DNA from: Spirochaetia bacterium
GTDB lineage: Bacteria > Spirochaetota > Spirochaetia > JABMQR01
Direction of reading: 5' to 3'
NCBI GenBank assembly: GCA_021736525.1
Contig: JAIPFR010000002.1
Coordinates: 1 to 62,468, forward strand
DNA: 62,468 nt
This document shows, piece after piece, positions 54,057 to 62,468 of the stretch; the stretch's first letter is position 1, and every line of letters starts with the position of its first letter. The notes below the pieces were generated by a model that saw only the letters and a list, made by a program, of their open reading frames with translations, made no database searches and was not told the origin of the DNA. Position numbers and translations under genes: made by a program.

Positions 54057-55043
54057 ATGGCTGATCTCACTACTTCATATTTAGGCTTGCAACTGGAAAA
54101 TCCTGTCATCATTTCTAGTTCGCGACTCACTGACCAGCTGAAGGGACTGCAGAAGAGTGCTGCTGCCGGTGCTGGGGCCGTGGTTTTGAAATCCATATTT
54201 GAAGAGCAAATTGAATATGATTCACGTTCCATGATAAAGGGCATGGATGATTTTTCCAGTCACGCAGACGCCTACGATTTTCTGGCAAATTCGAGCAAAG
54301 ACTACTATATAGACAGATATCTTGATTTAGTAGAAAAGGCAAAAGCCGCCCTTGGAATTCCTGTGATTGCAAGTGTAAACTGTGTCAGTCAGGGAGCCTG
54401 GCTGGATTACGCGGACAGATTTCAAGAGGTTGGAGCCGATGCCCTTGAAATCAATATGTTTATTGTTCCTTCCCAGACAGCAATATCGGGTGCAAATATT
54501 GAACAGCAGTATATTGATCTTCTCAGAAAAATACTTGCAAAGGTGTCTATACCCGTGGCAGTAAAGCTTGGGTATCATTTCAGCGGAATGGCAAATTTTA
54601 TGAAGCAGCTCGATGAACTGGGTGTCAGAGGACTGGTACTGTTCAATCGCTACTACCGGCCTGATATTGATATTGAGAAAATTGCTATGAAGGCCGGTGA
54701 CATTGTCAGCGTTGAACAGGAGGCCTCATTATCTTTGCAGTGGACCGCGCTGCTCTCAGGTCAGCTTGGCTGCGATATCTGTGCAAATACGGGAATCCAT
54801 ACTGGCGATGCAGTAATTAAGCATTTGCTCGCAGGCGCTTCAGCCGTTGAAATATGTTCAGCCATAATGAAATTTGGCTATGGAACTATAACCGATATGA
54901 AGAAAACGCTCAGCGACTGGATGAGCCGTAAGGGATTTGATACTTTGGATGATTTTCGAGGGCTTCTTAGCAAGTCAAATACTGACTCTCCAGAGGTCTG
55001 GGAGCGGACCCAGTATATTAAAGCTGTTACCGGCATAAGCTGA
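54057..55043 (+). CDS. dihydroorotate dehydrogenase-like (class 1 DHOD/DPD-type TIM-barrel flavoprotein)
   Basis: ORF 53961..55043. ATG at 54057 follows GGAGGGG. YLGLQLENPVIISSS...AGAGAVVLKSIFEEQI...PVIASVN...GADALEINMF. The actual substrate is unknown. Confidence 0.65.
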   Translation: MADLTTSYLGLQLENPVIISSSRLTDQLKGLQKSAAAGAGAVVLKSIFEEQIEYDSRSMIKGMDDFSSHADAYDFLANSSKDYYIDRYLDLVEKAKAALGIPVIASVNCVSQGAWLDYADRFQEVGADALEINMFIVPSQTAISGANIEQQYIDLLRKILAKVSIPVAVKLGYHFSGMANFMKQLDELGVRGLVLFNRYYRPDIDIEKIAMKAGDIVSVEQEASLSLQWTALLSGQLGCDICANTGIHTGDAVIKHLLAGASAVEICSAIMKFGYGTITDMKKTLSDWMSRKGFDTLDDFRGLLSKSNTDSPEVWERTQYIKAVTGIS

Positions 55044-55142
55044 CAGTTGACAGCTGTCAGCTGGTAAGTATTTAGCTGATAGTACGATTTCTTAACATTT
55101 TCTGTACTTGCAAAAACGACAGGATAAAAGAAGGTAAATAGT

Positions 55143-56285
55143 ATGAGTCAGGAAGATTTTACAGATATAGCTCCCTATGAGGGGCAGCAAATACGGGATG
55201 CGGTAGAACGTCTGAAAACCAGTAAATCCTTTCTGGACAGCCTGGGTGAGATGATGCATCCAAAATGGCGCTTCTTTACTCCTGTCATGCGCACAAAGCT
55301 TAAATACGACCTTTTTCCTGCCTTGGACAGCGTCTTCACGGTCAGGGATTTTCAGAGCAAGATCACTTCCGATTTTGCACTTGATCGGATTATTGAAAAC
55401 TCTATGGATTCGTTTACCTGGGACGGTCTCCAGAACCTTGATCAGAACGGTTCCTATATGTACTTCAGCAATCATCGGGATATTGTTCTTGATTGTGCAT
55501 TGCTCAATTATACGCTTTGTCGACAGAACTATGAATATGCGGAAATTGCAGTTGGTGACAATCTCCTGCTCAATCAGCTTTCGACTGACTTATTCAAGCT
55601 GAACGGAGCAGTTACGGTAAAGCGAACTCTTTCCATGCGCGATAAATTTCAGGAATCGAGGAGGCTTTCTGCATATTTTGTGCAGGCAATAGCTGAACGC
55701 AACCGTTCCATGTGGGTTGCGCAGAAAAGTGGAAGGGCAAAGGACGGCCTCGACATAACGAGCCCTTCAATTATCAAAATGCTGCATATGTCACAAAAGG
55801 ATACAGGAATAACCCTGAAAAACCTTTTGGACAAGTGCCCGATCGTACCGGTAGCTGTCTCGTATGAGTATGATCCCTGTGATATTAATAAAGGGCGGGA
55901 ACTGCTCACTAAGAGCTTGAAGGGTGCCTATAAAAAGAAAAAATATGAGGATCTCATTCAAATTCTCAAAGGGCTTAAAAGATATAAGGGGCGGGTTCAC
56001 CTTCAAATTGGAAAGCCGATAGGTTCAGACTTTGCGGACCACCTTGAAGTTGCGGCTGAAATTGATCGCCAGGTTCATATAGGCTATCGTTTGTGGCCTT
56101 CAAATTATATAGCTTATGATATAGTTGAAAAAACCAAGCGATTTGCTGATAAATATACCAAGTCCATGAAAAAAAGCTTTAAAGCCCGCTATAAATCTCT
56201 TACTGATGATTTAATCTTAATGGTAATGCATTCATATGCCAATCCAGTTAAGATGCAGCTGAAAGCGCTCGAGTCAGTTGAATGA
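55143..56285 (+). CDS. glycerol-3-phosphate/lysophospholipid acyltransferase-family protein (PlsC-like)
   Basis: 380 aa. Acyltransferase HxxxxD block SNHRDIVLD and a later GRAKDG block. Confidence 0.6.
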   Translation: MSQEDFTDIAPYEGQQIRDAVERLKTSKSFLDSLGEMMHPKWRFFTPVMRTKLKYDLFPALDSVFTVRDFQSKITSDFALDRIIENSMDSFTWDGLQNLDQNGSYMYFSNHRDIVLDCALLNYTLCRQNYEYAEIAVGDNLLLNQLSTDLFKLNGAVTVKRTLSMRDKFQESRRLSAYFVQAIAERNRSMWVAQKSGRAKDGLDITSPSIIKMLHMSQKDTGITLKNLLDKCPIVPVAVSYEYDPCDINKGRELLTKSLKGAYKKKKYEDLIQILKGLKRYKGRVHLQIGKPIGSDFADHLEVAAEIDRQVHIGYRLWPSNYIAYDIVEKTKRFADKYTKSMKKSFKARYKSLTDDLILMVMHSYANPVKMQLKALESVE

Positions 56286-56302
56286 CTTAGGAGATAAGCA
56301 GT

Positions 56303-57058
56303 ATGCAAAAGTTTCAAGGCGAAAAAAAAATCAGGACAAAGAAATCATCGAGACTGACGGTTCTCCTCTTTACCCTTCTGCTGTCAGTACTGTTCTTTTC
56401 CTGTACCCAGACTCCTCCGGAGATCCTTTCGAGTGACTTCAGAATTCGTCTTCTCTATAATCCAGCCCGGAAAACAGATCAGAGTATTGCTGTTCGCAGC
56501 TTTCTTGCAATACATCTTGAAGTTGAGGACCGGGAAGCCGCTGATGCTGTAGAACTGCTGCATATTATGCCGGAAGACAGTTTCTACAATTGGTCTCTGG
56601 ATGCGGATGCCCTCGAGATTGTAGAGATTGATGCAAGAACATGGGTAGGCACCAGTGCTGTCTCAATGCCCGAAACCATGCTTTTGCCTGCAGGGGATTA
56701 TCAGGTGGAAATAGAGACCCTTCGCGGCGAACTGGCTGAAACTGTTATAACCCTTCCGAGGCAGGAGCTTTTTACAAAGTTTGTAACCGACCCGAAAAAA
56801 TACTTTCCAGCAGTTACTTTCGATAAACGCAATGGCTGTCAGATACTGACTGCTCAAAAGCAGAAAGTGGTAATCAGGGGCTTTGATTCTTCAGAAGTTT
56901 TTATTGGTGGTTTTATTCCTGATGCAGCCTACATCAGTTTTGATACAGAAGAATCACGATTGCTGCGTAGTTATCATAGTTTTTATGTTTCTATTCGCGA
57001 TGCAGAGACTGGAATAGAATTGGTAACCGGACCGCTGAAGTTTGAATATGCCAATTGA
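56303..57058 (+). CDS. hypothetical lipoprotein
   Basis: 251 aa. Signal peptide with lipobox-like LSVLFFSCTQ. I recognise no family. Confidence 0.5.
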   Translation: MQKFQGEKKIRTKKSSRLTVLLFTLLLSVLFFSCTQTPPEILSSDFRIRLLYNPARKTDQSIAVRSFLAIHLEVEDREAADAVELLHIMPEDSFYNWSLDADALEIVEIDARTWVGTSAVSMPETMLLPAGDYQVEIETLRGELAETVITLPRQELFTKFVTDPKKYFPAVTFDKRNGCQILTAQKQKVVIRGFDSSEVFIGGFIPDAAYISFDTEESRLLRSYHSFYVSIRDAETGIELVTGPLKFEYAN

Positions 57059-57121
57059 TCTGTTCGGTCGTCTCAAAGAATCTTCGCTCTGCTTTGCCTG
57101 AGGCGGCTGCTGAAGAAAAAG

Positions 57122-58957
57122 TCAGAGAATGCGCTCCACATCCCTGAAGAGTTGTTCCCTGCTGATCTCTTTCCAGATAGGGCGTCCATGCGGGCAGCGG
57201 GGCACCGGAAGTTCCAGTGCCTTAGCAATCAGGTTTCGAGCAGTGACAGAATCAATTATATCCCCGTCTTTTATTGCCGCCTTACAGGCTATCATTGCAT
57301 AGAGTTTTTTTTCAATCTCTGCGGCATTCCCAGTTGACTGAAGAATAAAGTCAAGGACTTGCTGCTGTATGGTACGGCAGGCAGAGGGCAAGGATTTCAG
57401 TTCCCAGATGCCGGCCTCTTTCCGCTCTATCTCAATGCCAATGCGGTTGTATATTTCTGCATTCTCGACCAGAAAATCTTCTATGAGTGGATCCGGTTCA
57501 AATGCATAGGGAATAAGCAAAGGCTGAGAAGCAGGTTTAGCAATCAATTCCTCATAAATAATACGTTCGTGGGCAGCATGCTGATCGATAAGCAGAAGCG
57601 TATCGCTCAATTCAGTTAAGAGAAACAGATTGAAAATTTGTCCATGATATATAAATTCAATCTTGTTCCGGGATAAAGCCGGATTAGAATTGCTGGATAT
57701 ATCTGCCGTCTCAGTACTTCCCGGATATTGGGGGGAGGGTTCATAAACATCTCCGGGCACTTTTTTACGCTTCGGGTTTTCTTGCAAGACGGCATCGAAT
57801 GCTTCTGCATAAGCAGTATGATTTACTTTGCCCGGACCTGGTGTATTGCGGGTATTGGAAAAAGTAAGGTAGGGGGAGGTGGAGGTGGAGGTGGAAGTGG
57901 CTTCTGAATTTTTAAATGTCCCAGAAGCCCCAGGTTTGATTTCTTTAGCTGCTGACTGTGAACGTAACCCGAAAAGCCAGGATTTCAGCATCTGTACGGT
58001 TTCATGATGCACTTGTGCAATATTACGGATTTTCGCCTCTCTTTTAGCTGGATGAATATTAAAATCGACCAGTTCAGGATCTATTTCTATAAACAAATAG
58101 CAATAGGGAAAGCTTCCTCCCGGTAGATAATCTGTATATCCGTACATAACAGCCTGAATAAGTGAATATTCCTGAATTCTCCGCTTGTTGACAAAGACCT
58201 GAATGCCTGTTTTGTCGCTGCGATATATTTCCGGGGTACTGCATACAGCGGTAATCGAAAAATTTCCGGATGAGACGCTGGTCTCTCCCATAAACTCCTT
58301 TTTAAGAAAAGTAGGGTAGGCATTCAGAATGCGCTGAAGTAACGTGGAAGGAGGGAGAAGTAACCGTAGGCTGCTGTTAACAAAAAACTTGAACTGAATT
58401 GAGGGAAAAGGCAGAGCTTTGTCTATGAAGGTTTTTTTACAGGCCGTAGCTTCAGCCTGGGGACGCTTGAGGAATTTTCTGCGCCCTGGTATGGAAAAGA
58501 ACAGATCCCGAGCGGTTATGGTTGTTCCAGGTGAACTGCCTCCTGGTTCCGGCCCAGTCTGCAGGCCATCATTAATGCTAATGGTATAGGGAATGGAATC
58601 ACCTTGGCGACTGCAGATCGTCAGACGCGTGCAGGCAGAAATACTGTAAAGAGCCTCTCCCCTGAAGCCCAGGGTCTCAAGGGCATATAAGTCCTCAACA
58701 CGTGATATCTTTGAGGTGGCATGGGAGCTGCAGCAAATAGCAAGATCATCGCGGCTCATACCCGAACCGTCATCAATTACCTTGATTTCACCTATTCCGC
58801 CGTCGGTTACATAAATTTCGATTGTACCTGCTCCGGCGTCAATAGCATTATCCAGTAACTCCCTCACAATGGATTCAGGCCGCTCAATCACCTCACCGGC
58901 AGCAATGCGCTGGGCTACAGAATTATCAAGCAGCTGAATCGGCTTAATGTTTCCCAT
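57122..58957 (-). CDS. mutL: DNA mismatch repair protein MutL
   Basis: 611 aa. GHKL ATPase motifs (VRELLDNAIDAG, DDGSGM, GFRGEAL), a disordered linker and a C-terminal dimerisation domain. Confidence 0.92.
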   Translation of the reverse strand: MGNIKPIQLLDNSVAQRIAAGEVIERPESIVRELLDNAIDAGAGTIEIYVTDGGIGEIKVIDDGSGMSRDDLAICCSSHATSKISRVEDLYALETLGFRGEALYSISACTRLTICSRQGDSIPYTISINDGLQTGPEPGGSSPGTTITARDLFFSIPGRRKFLKRPQAEATACKKTFIDKALPFPSIQFKFFVNSSLRLLLPPSTLLQRILNAYPTFLKKEFMGETSVSSGNFSITAVCSTPEIYRSDKTGIQVFVNKRRIQEYSLIQAVMYGYTDYLPGGSFPYCYLFIEIDPELVDFNIHPAKREAKIRNIAQVHHETVQMLKSWLFGLRSQSAAKEIKPGASGTFKNSEATSTSTSTSPYLTFSNTRNTPGPGKVNHTAYAEAFDAVLQENPKRKKVPGDVYEPSPQYPGSTETADISSNSNPALSRNKIEFIYHGQIFNLFLLTELSDTLLLIDQHAAHERIIYEELIAKPASQPLLIPYAFEPDPLIEDFLVENAEIYNRIGIEIERKEAGIWELKSLPSACRTIQQQVLDFILQSTGNAAEIEKKLYAMIACKAAIKDGDIIDSVTARNLIAKALELPVPRCPHGRPIWKEISREQLFRDVERIL

Positions 58958-58973
58958 GATACTCCTGTAAAAT

Positions 58974-61547
58974 CTACAGTTTGACGGTCAAACCGACGCT
59001 CAGACTCGGGACAATTACCAGTTTTCCTCCATCAGTTTTTAGAACATCTATGTTGTTGAAATCAGCAGAGCTGTCAGGTGCTTCATACTGGGCTGTTCCG
59101 GAGAATTTGGTATGCATTGTCAGGATACCAATATCAAAAGAGCCCCGGGCAAATAACTGGGTTTGTTCGTTGAACATAAAATCATAAAAGCTTTCTGAAA
59201 GCATCCCCATAAATCCACGCTGGGTAAAACCCAGTTCACCAGAGAACTGTTTATAGTCAAATCCTGCGGTAAAAGAGAGTTCATCAACATCCGGGGCAGT
59301 TGAGGAGACAAGGGTGAAATCCTGATAAATATTATACTTATAGCCGAAAGACGTATGAAATAGATCGGTCTTCAAGCCGACTTTCGCACCGAATTCCCAC
59401 CTGCCCTTTTCATTGAGTCCCAGAGTGTAGTTATTAGCATCGTCAAATAAATCTTCTGCATAGCTGATGCGTCGCCATTGGTAATCATTCCCGAATTGGC
59501 CTGTTGTGCGTATCCCATCCTCATAAGCGGCACTTGCTGCAAACTCAATATTACCGGTACGGCCTTGTATACCAGCCGCTGCTAAATAATTATATATGCC
59601 TCCGCCGGGCTGCAAAAAGGACTCTGAATGGAAACCATTGCTGTCAGCCAGCATCAGCAGCGAAAAATCGGCATAGGCTGAAAGCTTAAGAACTTCTGTA
59701 TTTGAAAATTGATATTTCACATCAATACCAGGAACCAGTATGAACCGGTTCTCGGGCTGAAGCGAAATATCTGCAAGGCCGTACAGGCCGATTTCAAGCG
59801 GAGACTGAGATCCAAAGGGGACAGCAGCCAGCCTCAGGCCGAAAAGTTCTGCATGACCGATGTCGTTTACTATCAGTTCATAGTTGAAATACGGTGTTTT
59901 CAAGGTATTGACTAATCCTACCCGGGTAATAAAAGGATCATCCAGGGCTGGATTCAAGGCAGAAACAAGTACCCCGGAGCCTAAAGAAATCGGAGAATGA
60001 TTATTCGCTTTGAGAGAGAAGGCTCCATTAGCAGATATATACTCAGCAAAACTGATTTTTGAAAGAATATCAAGGTAAAAATCCCGGGATGAGGGAAAAC
60101 CCGCCCCGAAGCTTATCAGTTCAAAGATGGAAGAACCATCCACTGTACCAAAATCATAGGGGTTGTTGCCGCGAGGTAAATACCAGTCTGCCTTATCGAA
60201 GGGATTTATGTTGAAGGTGAGGGGAAGCGTGAGGCCAAGAGTGAAATTACCTGAGCGGAACCAGGGAGTGAGAGCAGTTTGAAGATAGAATAATTCGTTA
60301 TAGGTACTGGAGGAAAAAGGCATGACACCGCCGGCATCAACAATTAATCCAAAATCAAATGATTCCCGTGTTTCTGTAAGGGCAGGGGAGGCGGCAGAAG
60401 CCGGTTCACGTGGCGGTTCGGCTATCACAATTACCGGCTGAGCAGGTTTGGCCTCTTGACTGGCAGATTCCGGTTTTTCTTCCTGAATACTTGCTGTCTC
60501 TTCTGCATTTTCCGGTTCAGCCTGACTGACAGCTTCAATTGGCTGTCTGTCAGCAGCAGCTTCTTCATTGATGTCATCTTGAGGTATGTCAATTATGATA
60601 GCAATACTTTCCGGTGTCTTGGCAGCAGCCTCGGCTTCAGCTTCAGCTTGCGCAATAGCGGCAGCCTCGGCATCAGCTTCAGCCTGCGCAATGGCAGCAG
60701 CCTCGGCTTCAGCTTCAGCCTGCGCAATGGCAGCAGCCTCGGCTTCAGCTTCAGCCTGCGCAATAGCAGCAGCCTCGGCATCAGCTTCAGCCTGCGCAAT
60801 AGCAGCAGCCTCGGCTTCAGCTTCAGCCTGCGCAATAGCAGCAGCCTCGGCATCAGCTTCAGCCTGCGCAATAGCGGCAGCCTCGGCATCAGCTTCAGCC
60901 TGTATTTCAGCAAAATATGCGAAAGGCAACTCTTTCTGCAGAGCCTTGGCTCCCTCCGGCTTTATCTCTTTTAGTGGTTCCTGTCTTGACAGGGCCTCAT
61001 AAGACAGATTCCCGGTTATCTGCCGGGATAATCCTGTAATAAAGTTGATTACTGTTGATGAGCCTTCAAGGACATAAAATTCTTCTTTCTGCTCACTTAT
61101 AAGAACATATTCACCTTTTTTCTCAAGCTGGTATTCCGCAACCGGGGTTGATATGATTATCGGGAAAGAATCCGTTTCTGCCAGATAGCGAATTTTTCCT
61201 CGAAGCAGAAACAGCTCCATGCCGGATTCAGTAAGAGCGTCAAAGGAGAGAAGGGAATCGGGCGAGAGGTATAGTGTTCCGACGGCGGCTGCGTGAACCT
61301 CCAGATTCGAGTCCTCGGTTTGAATAATCCAGCCCGGTTCAACACCGGATACCTCAGACAAATCCTGAATGAGTATTCCCTGGGAATCAAAGACCAGAAG
61401 TGATTCGGGATTTTCGGCTGCGAAGGAAACATGCTCCCCGAAAGCTGATACCGAACTGTTGTCAGCTGAAATCTGCTGTGGGACGAGTCCTGTAGAAATT
61501 GACAATACACTCAGTACAAACAGAAACAAAACACCTCGATTTCTCAT
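58974..61547 (-). CDS. large envelope protein: signal peptide, FecR-like domain, 12-aa Ala/Glu helical repeats (x7.75), Pro/Glu-rich linker, C-terminal beta-rich (barrel-like) domain
   Basis: ORF 58974..61589. ATG at 61547 gives MRNRGVLFLFVLSVLSISTG. GWIIQTEDSNLEVHAAAVGTLYLSPDSLLSF...LLRGKIRY resembles a FecR domain. The repeats are AEA(D/E)AEAAAIAQ. The C-terminal 440 aa are rich in aromatic/Gly beta-strand patterns. Confidence 0.6.
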   Translation of the reverse strand: MRNRGVLFLFVLSVLSISTGLVPQQISADNSSVSAFGEHVSFAAENPESLLVFDSQGILIQDLSEVSGVEPGWIIQTEDSNLEVHAAAVGTLYLSPDSLLSFDALTESGMELFLLRGKIRYLAETDSFPIIISTPVAEYQLEKKGEYVLISEQKEEFYVLEGSSTVINFITGLSRQITGNLSYEALSRQEPLKEIKPEGAKALQKELPFAYFAEIQAEADAEAAAIAQAEADAEAAAIAQAEAEAEAAAIAQAEADAEAAAIAQAEAEAEAAAIAQAEAEAEAAAIAQAEADAEAAAIAQAEAEAEAAAKTPESIAIIIDIPQDDINEEAAADRQPIEAVSQAEPENAEETASIQEEKPESASQEAKPAQPVIVIAEPPREPASAASPALTETRESFDFGLIVDAGGVMPFSSSTYNELFYLQTALTPWFRSGNFTLGLTLPLTFNINPFDKADWYLPRGNNPYDFGTVDGSSIFELISFGAGFPSSRDFYLDILSKISFAEYISANGAFSLKANNHSPISLGSGVLVSALNPALDDPFITRVGLVNTLKTPYFNYELIVNDIGHAELFGLRLAAVPFGSQSPLEIGLYGLADISLQPENRFILVPGIDVKYQFSNTEVLKLSAYADFSLLMLADSNGFHSESFLQPGGGIYNYLAAAGIQGRTGNIEFAASAAYEDGIRTTGQFGNDYQWRRISYAEDLFDDANNYTLGLNEKGRWEFGAKVGLKTDLFHTSFGYKYNIYQDFTLVSSTAPDVDELSFTAGFDYKQFSGELGFTQRGFMGMLSESFYDFMFNEQTQLFARGSFDIGILTMHTKFSGTAQYEAPDSSADFNNIDVLKTDGGKLVIVPSLSVGLTVKL
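60625..60903 (-). repeat. 36-bp tandem repeat, 7 full units plus a 27-nt partial, in two alleles (GGCTTC/GGCATC)
   Basis: Plus-strand unit GCAGCCTCGGC(T/A)TCAGCTTCAGCCTGCGCAATAGCA. Unit boundaries at 60625, 60661, 60697, 60733, 60769, 60805, 60841 and 60877. Encodes AEA(E/D)AEAAAIAQ. Confidence 0.95.
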
Positions 61548-61601
61548 TAAACACACCATAATAATAAGATTTAGCCTTGAAATGAACAACCTGACAAACC
61601 A

Positions 61602-61630
61602 AATTCCATGACAGCTTCTGCCATGGAATT
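61602..61630 (-). terminator. hairpin between the partial OMP-like gene and the FecR-like repeat protein gene
   Basis: 9-bp stem AATTCCATG (61602-61610) / CATGGAATT (61622-61630), 11-nt loop. In the minus sense it is followed by TGGTTTGTC. Confidence 0.45.
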
Positions 61631-61722
61631 GGAGTATGGACAGTCAATTCTAGGTAATCCGGCAATGTTGCATACCGGAGCAAGCCCTATGCCGGGTCCT
61701 GCAGGGGAGCTTGTAATGAACT

Positions 61723-62468
61723 TTATAGTAATTTTACTTTTCCGCCAACAGTTACATCAGGAGCATTCATAGTTCCGTCTGGTTGGAAAGTTATAACATA
61801 ACCGGTATCAATGACAAAAATGTTGTATTTCACACTGACATTAGCCCGGATCTCGGAATTGTCATCAAGGCTCAGGATGCTGTCAATGAATTCCGGTACA
61901 CCCATTTCAGAATCGCTGAACTGCTTACGGTAGAAGGCATCAAAGTAGACAAATCCCAGTAATTCTTCACCCAGGGAAAACTTGGCCGTCATCATCGGAT
62001 TGGTGACGTTCAAAGCGCCGGAGTTGTTTTCTATTTCACTGGACACACTCAGGTCAAATACCAGGGCATCGTCAAGCAGGTTGAATCCGGCACTGCCGTT
62101 GAAAAAGAAATTATCACTGTCCATCCCGACAGCTTCATAACGGTCTTCACGATACAGGTCATAGGATGTATTGAAGTAATCGGGCTTATAGTTGTTAGTA
62201 GGGAGGAGCACATTTGCTCCGTATGAAAGAAAACCCAGGATGTGGCCGTCAAAGCCTCCTCTCAAACCAGTGGCAGCATCGTTTATTCCTTGAGGATCGG
62301 GCTGAATGCCGTAATCCCCGAACAGCCGAAGTCGTGCCAGAGACGCATCAAACAGCGGTAAGATTATGTCCGCACCATACATCATAACAGGATTTGGCGT
62401 GAAAGACGGGTCTTCCGAGTACAGAGCCGGGTCAGCATCTACTGCATAAGAAGCACCTACCTGAATAT
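61723..62468 (-). CDS. hypothetical beta-rich outer-membrane-like protein; N-terminus lies beyond the window end
   Basis: The track lists 61723..62385, but the frame stays open upstream to base 62466 (IQVGASYAVDADPALYSEDPSFTPNPVMMYG...). It ends ...VTVGGKVKLL. By eye it looks like a distant paralog of the C-terminal domain of the 58974 gene product. Confidence 0.5.
   Translation of the reverse strand, partial: IQVGASYAVDADPALYSEDPSFTPNPVMMYGADIILPLFDASLARLRLFGDYGIQPDPQGINDAATGLRGGFDGHILGFLSYGANVLLPTNNYKPDYFNTSYDLYREDRYEAVGMDSDNFFFNGSAGFNLLDDALVFDLSVSSEIENNSGALNVTNPMMTAKFSLGEELLGFVYFDAFYRKQFSDSEMGVPEFIDSILSLDDNSEIRANVSVKYNIFVIDTGYVITFQPDGTMNAPDVTVGGKVKLL

Noticed and set aside
57875-57898. 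(GGAGGT)3-GGAAGT microsatellite inside mutL (encodes TSTSTSTS in the linker), considered as a mutator phase-variation switch.
   Set aside because: The unit length is 6 nt, so slippage stays in frame, and it lies in the disordered linker. It is unlikely to switch MutL off.
60625-60903. Regular 36-bp repeat array, considered as a possible CRISPR.
   Set aside because: The units are directly adjacent with no unique spacers. The array lies inside an open reading frame and no cas genes are nearby. It is a coding tandem repeat.
60456-61002. Plus-strand ORFs 60456..60974 and 60586..61002, and minus-strand ORF 60593..60913, with striking repetitive translations (ASASASACAIAA..., SLGFSFSLRN...).
   Set aside because: These are alternative-frame readings of the 36-bp tandem repeat. 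Only the minus-strand frame of 58974..61589 is continuous with a signal peptide and flanking domains.
1-62468. Search for tRNA, rRNA, tmRNA, transposase, integrase, phage, toxin-antitoxin or known defence-system genes.
   Set aside because: I recognised none in any frame or gap. All gaps are under 470 nt, and every long ORF has a housekeeping or envelope assignment.

Overview
Gene-dense chromosomal core segment with about 54 CDS, both window edges cutting a gene, and intergenic gaps mostly under 300 bp. I saw no rRNA, tRNA, CRISPR array, transposase, integrase or prophage genes. Gene content points to a free-living spirochete. That inference rests on a short-form AlaRS lacking the C-Ala domain, an S21 that resembles the Borrelia sequence as I recall it, and many signal-peptide and beta-rich envelope proteins. 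I cannot verify it without a search.

Main blocks:
- Four aminoacyl-tRNA synthetases: asnS, cysS, valS, alaS.
- ackA-gntR-hydroxyacid dehydrogenase-glxK array.
- mgtE and murB.
- ECF sigma factor with a zinc-type anti-sigma factor.
- glyA.
- SRAP-umuD-umuC damage-tolerance cassette.
- hflX, ychF and the prfA-prmC-rel stress/translation cluster.
- Translationally coupled recO-thpR-recJ.
- rpsU.
- serA-serC-lrp-gcvT-gcvH-gcvPA-gcvPB serine/glycine cluster.
- mutL, preceded by a large envelope protein carrying a 36-bp tandem repeat.

I found no clear new multi-gene system. The most unusual signals are at sequence level:
1. A dispersed AT-rich palindromic element with six intergenic copies in two loop subtypes.
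2. A strictly 6-nt-phased GRG-triplet array abutting the mgtE ribosome-binding site.
3. An 871-aa protein combining a FecR-like domain, an Ala/Glu helical repeat and a beta-rich domain.
4. recO, which can only start at a non-canonical codon.
5. Candidate leaderless transcripts for umuD and alaS.

All promoter, terminator and homology calls were made by eye, with no database search.
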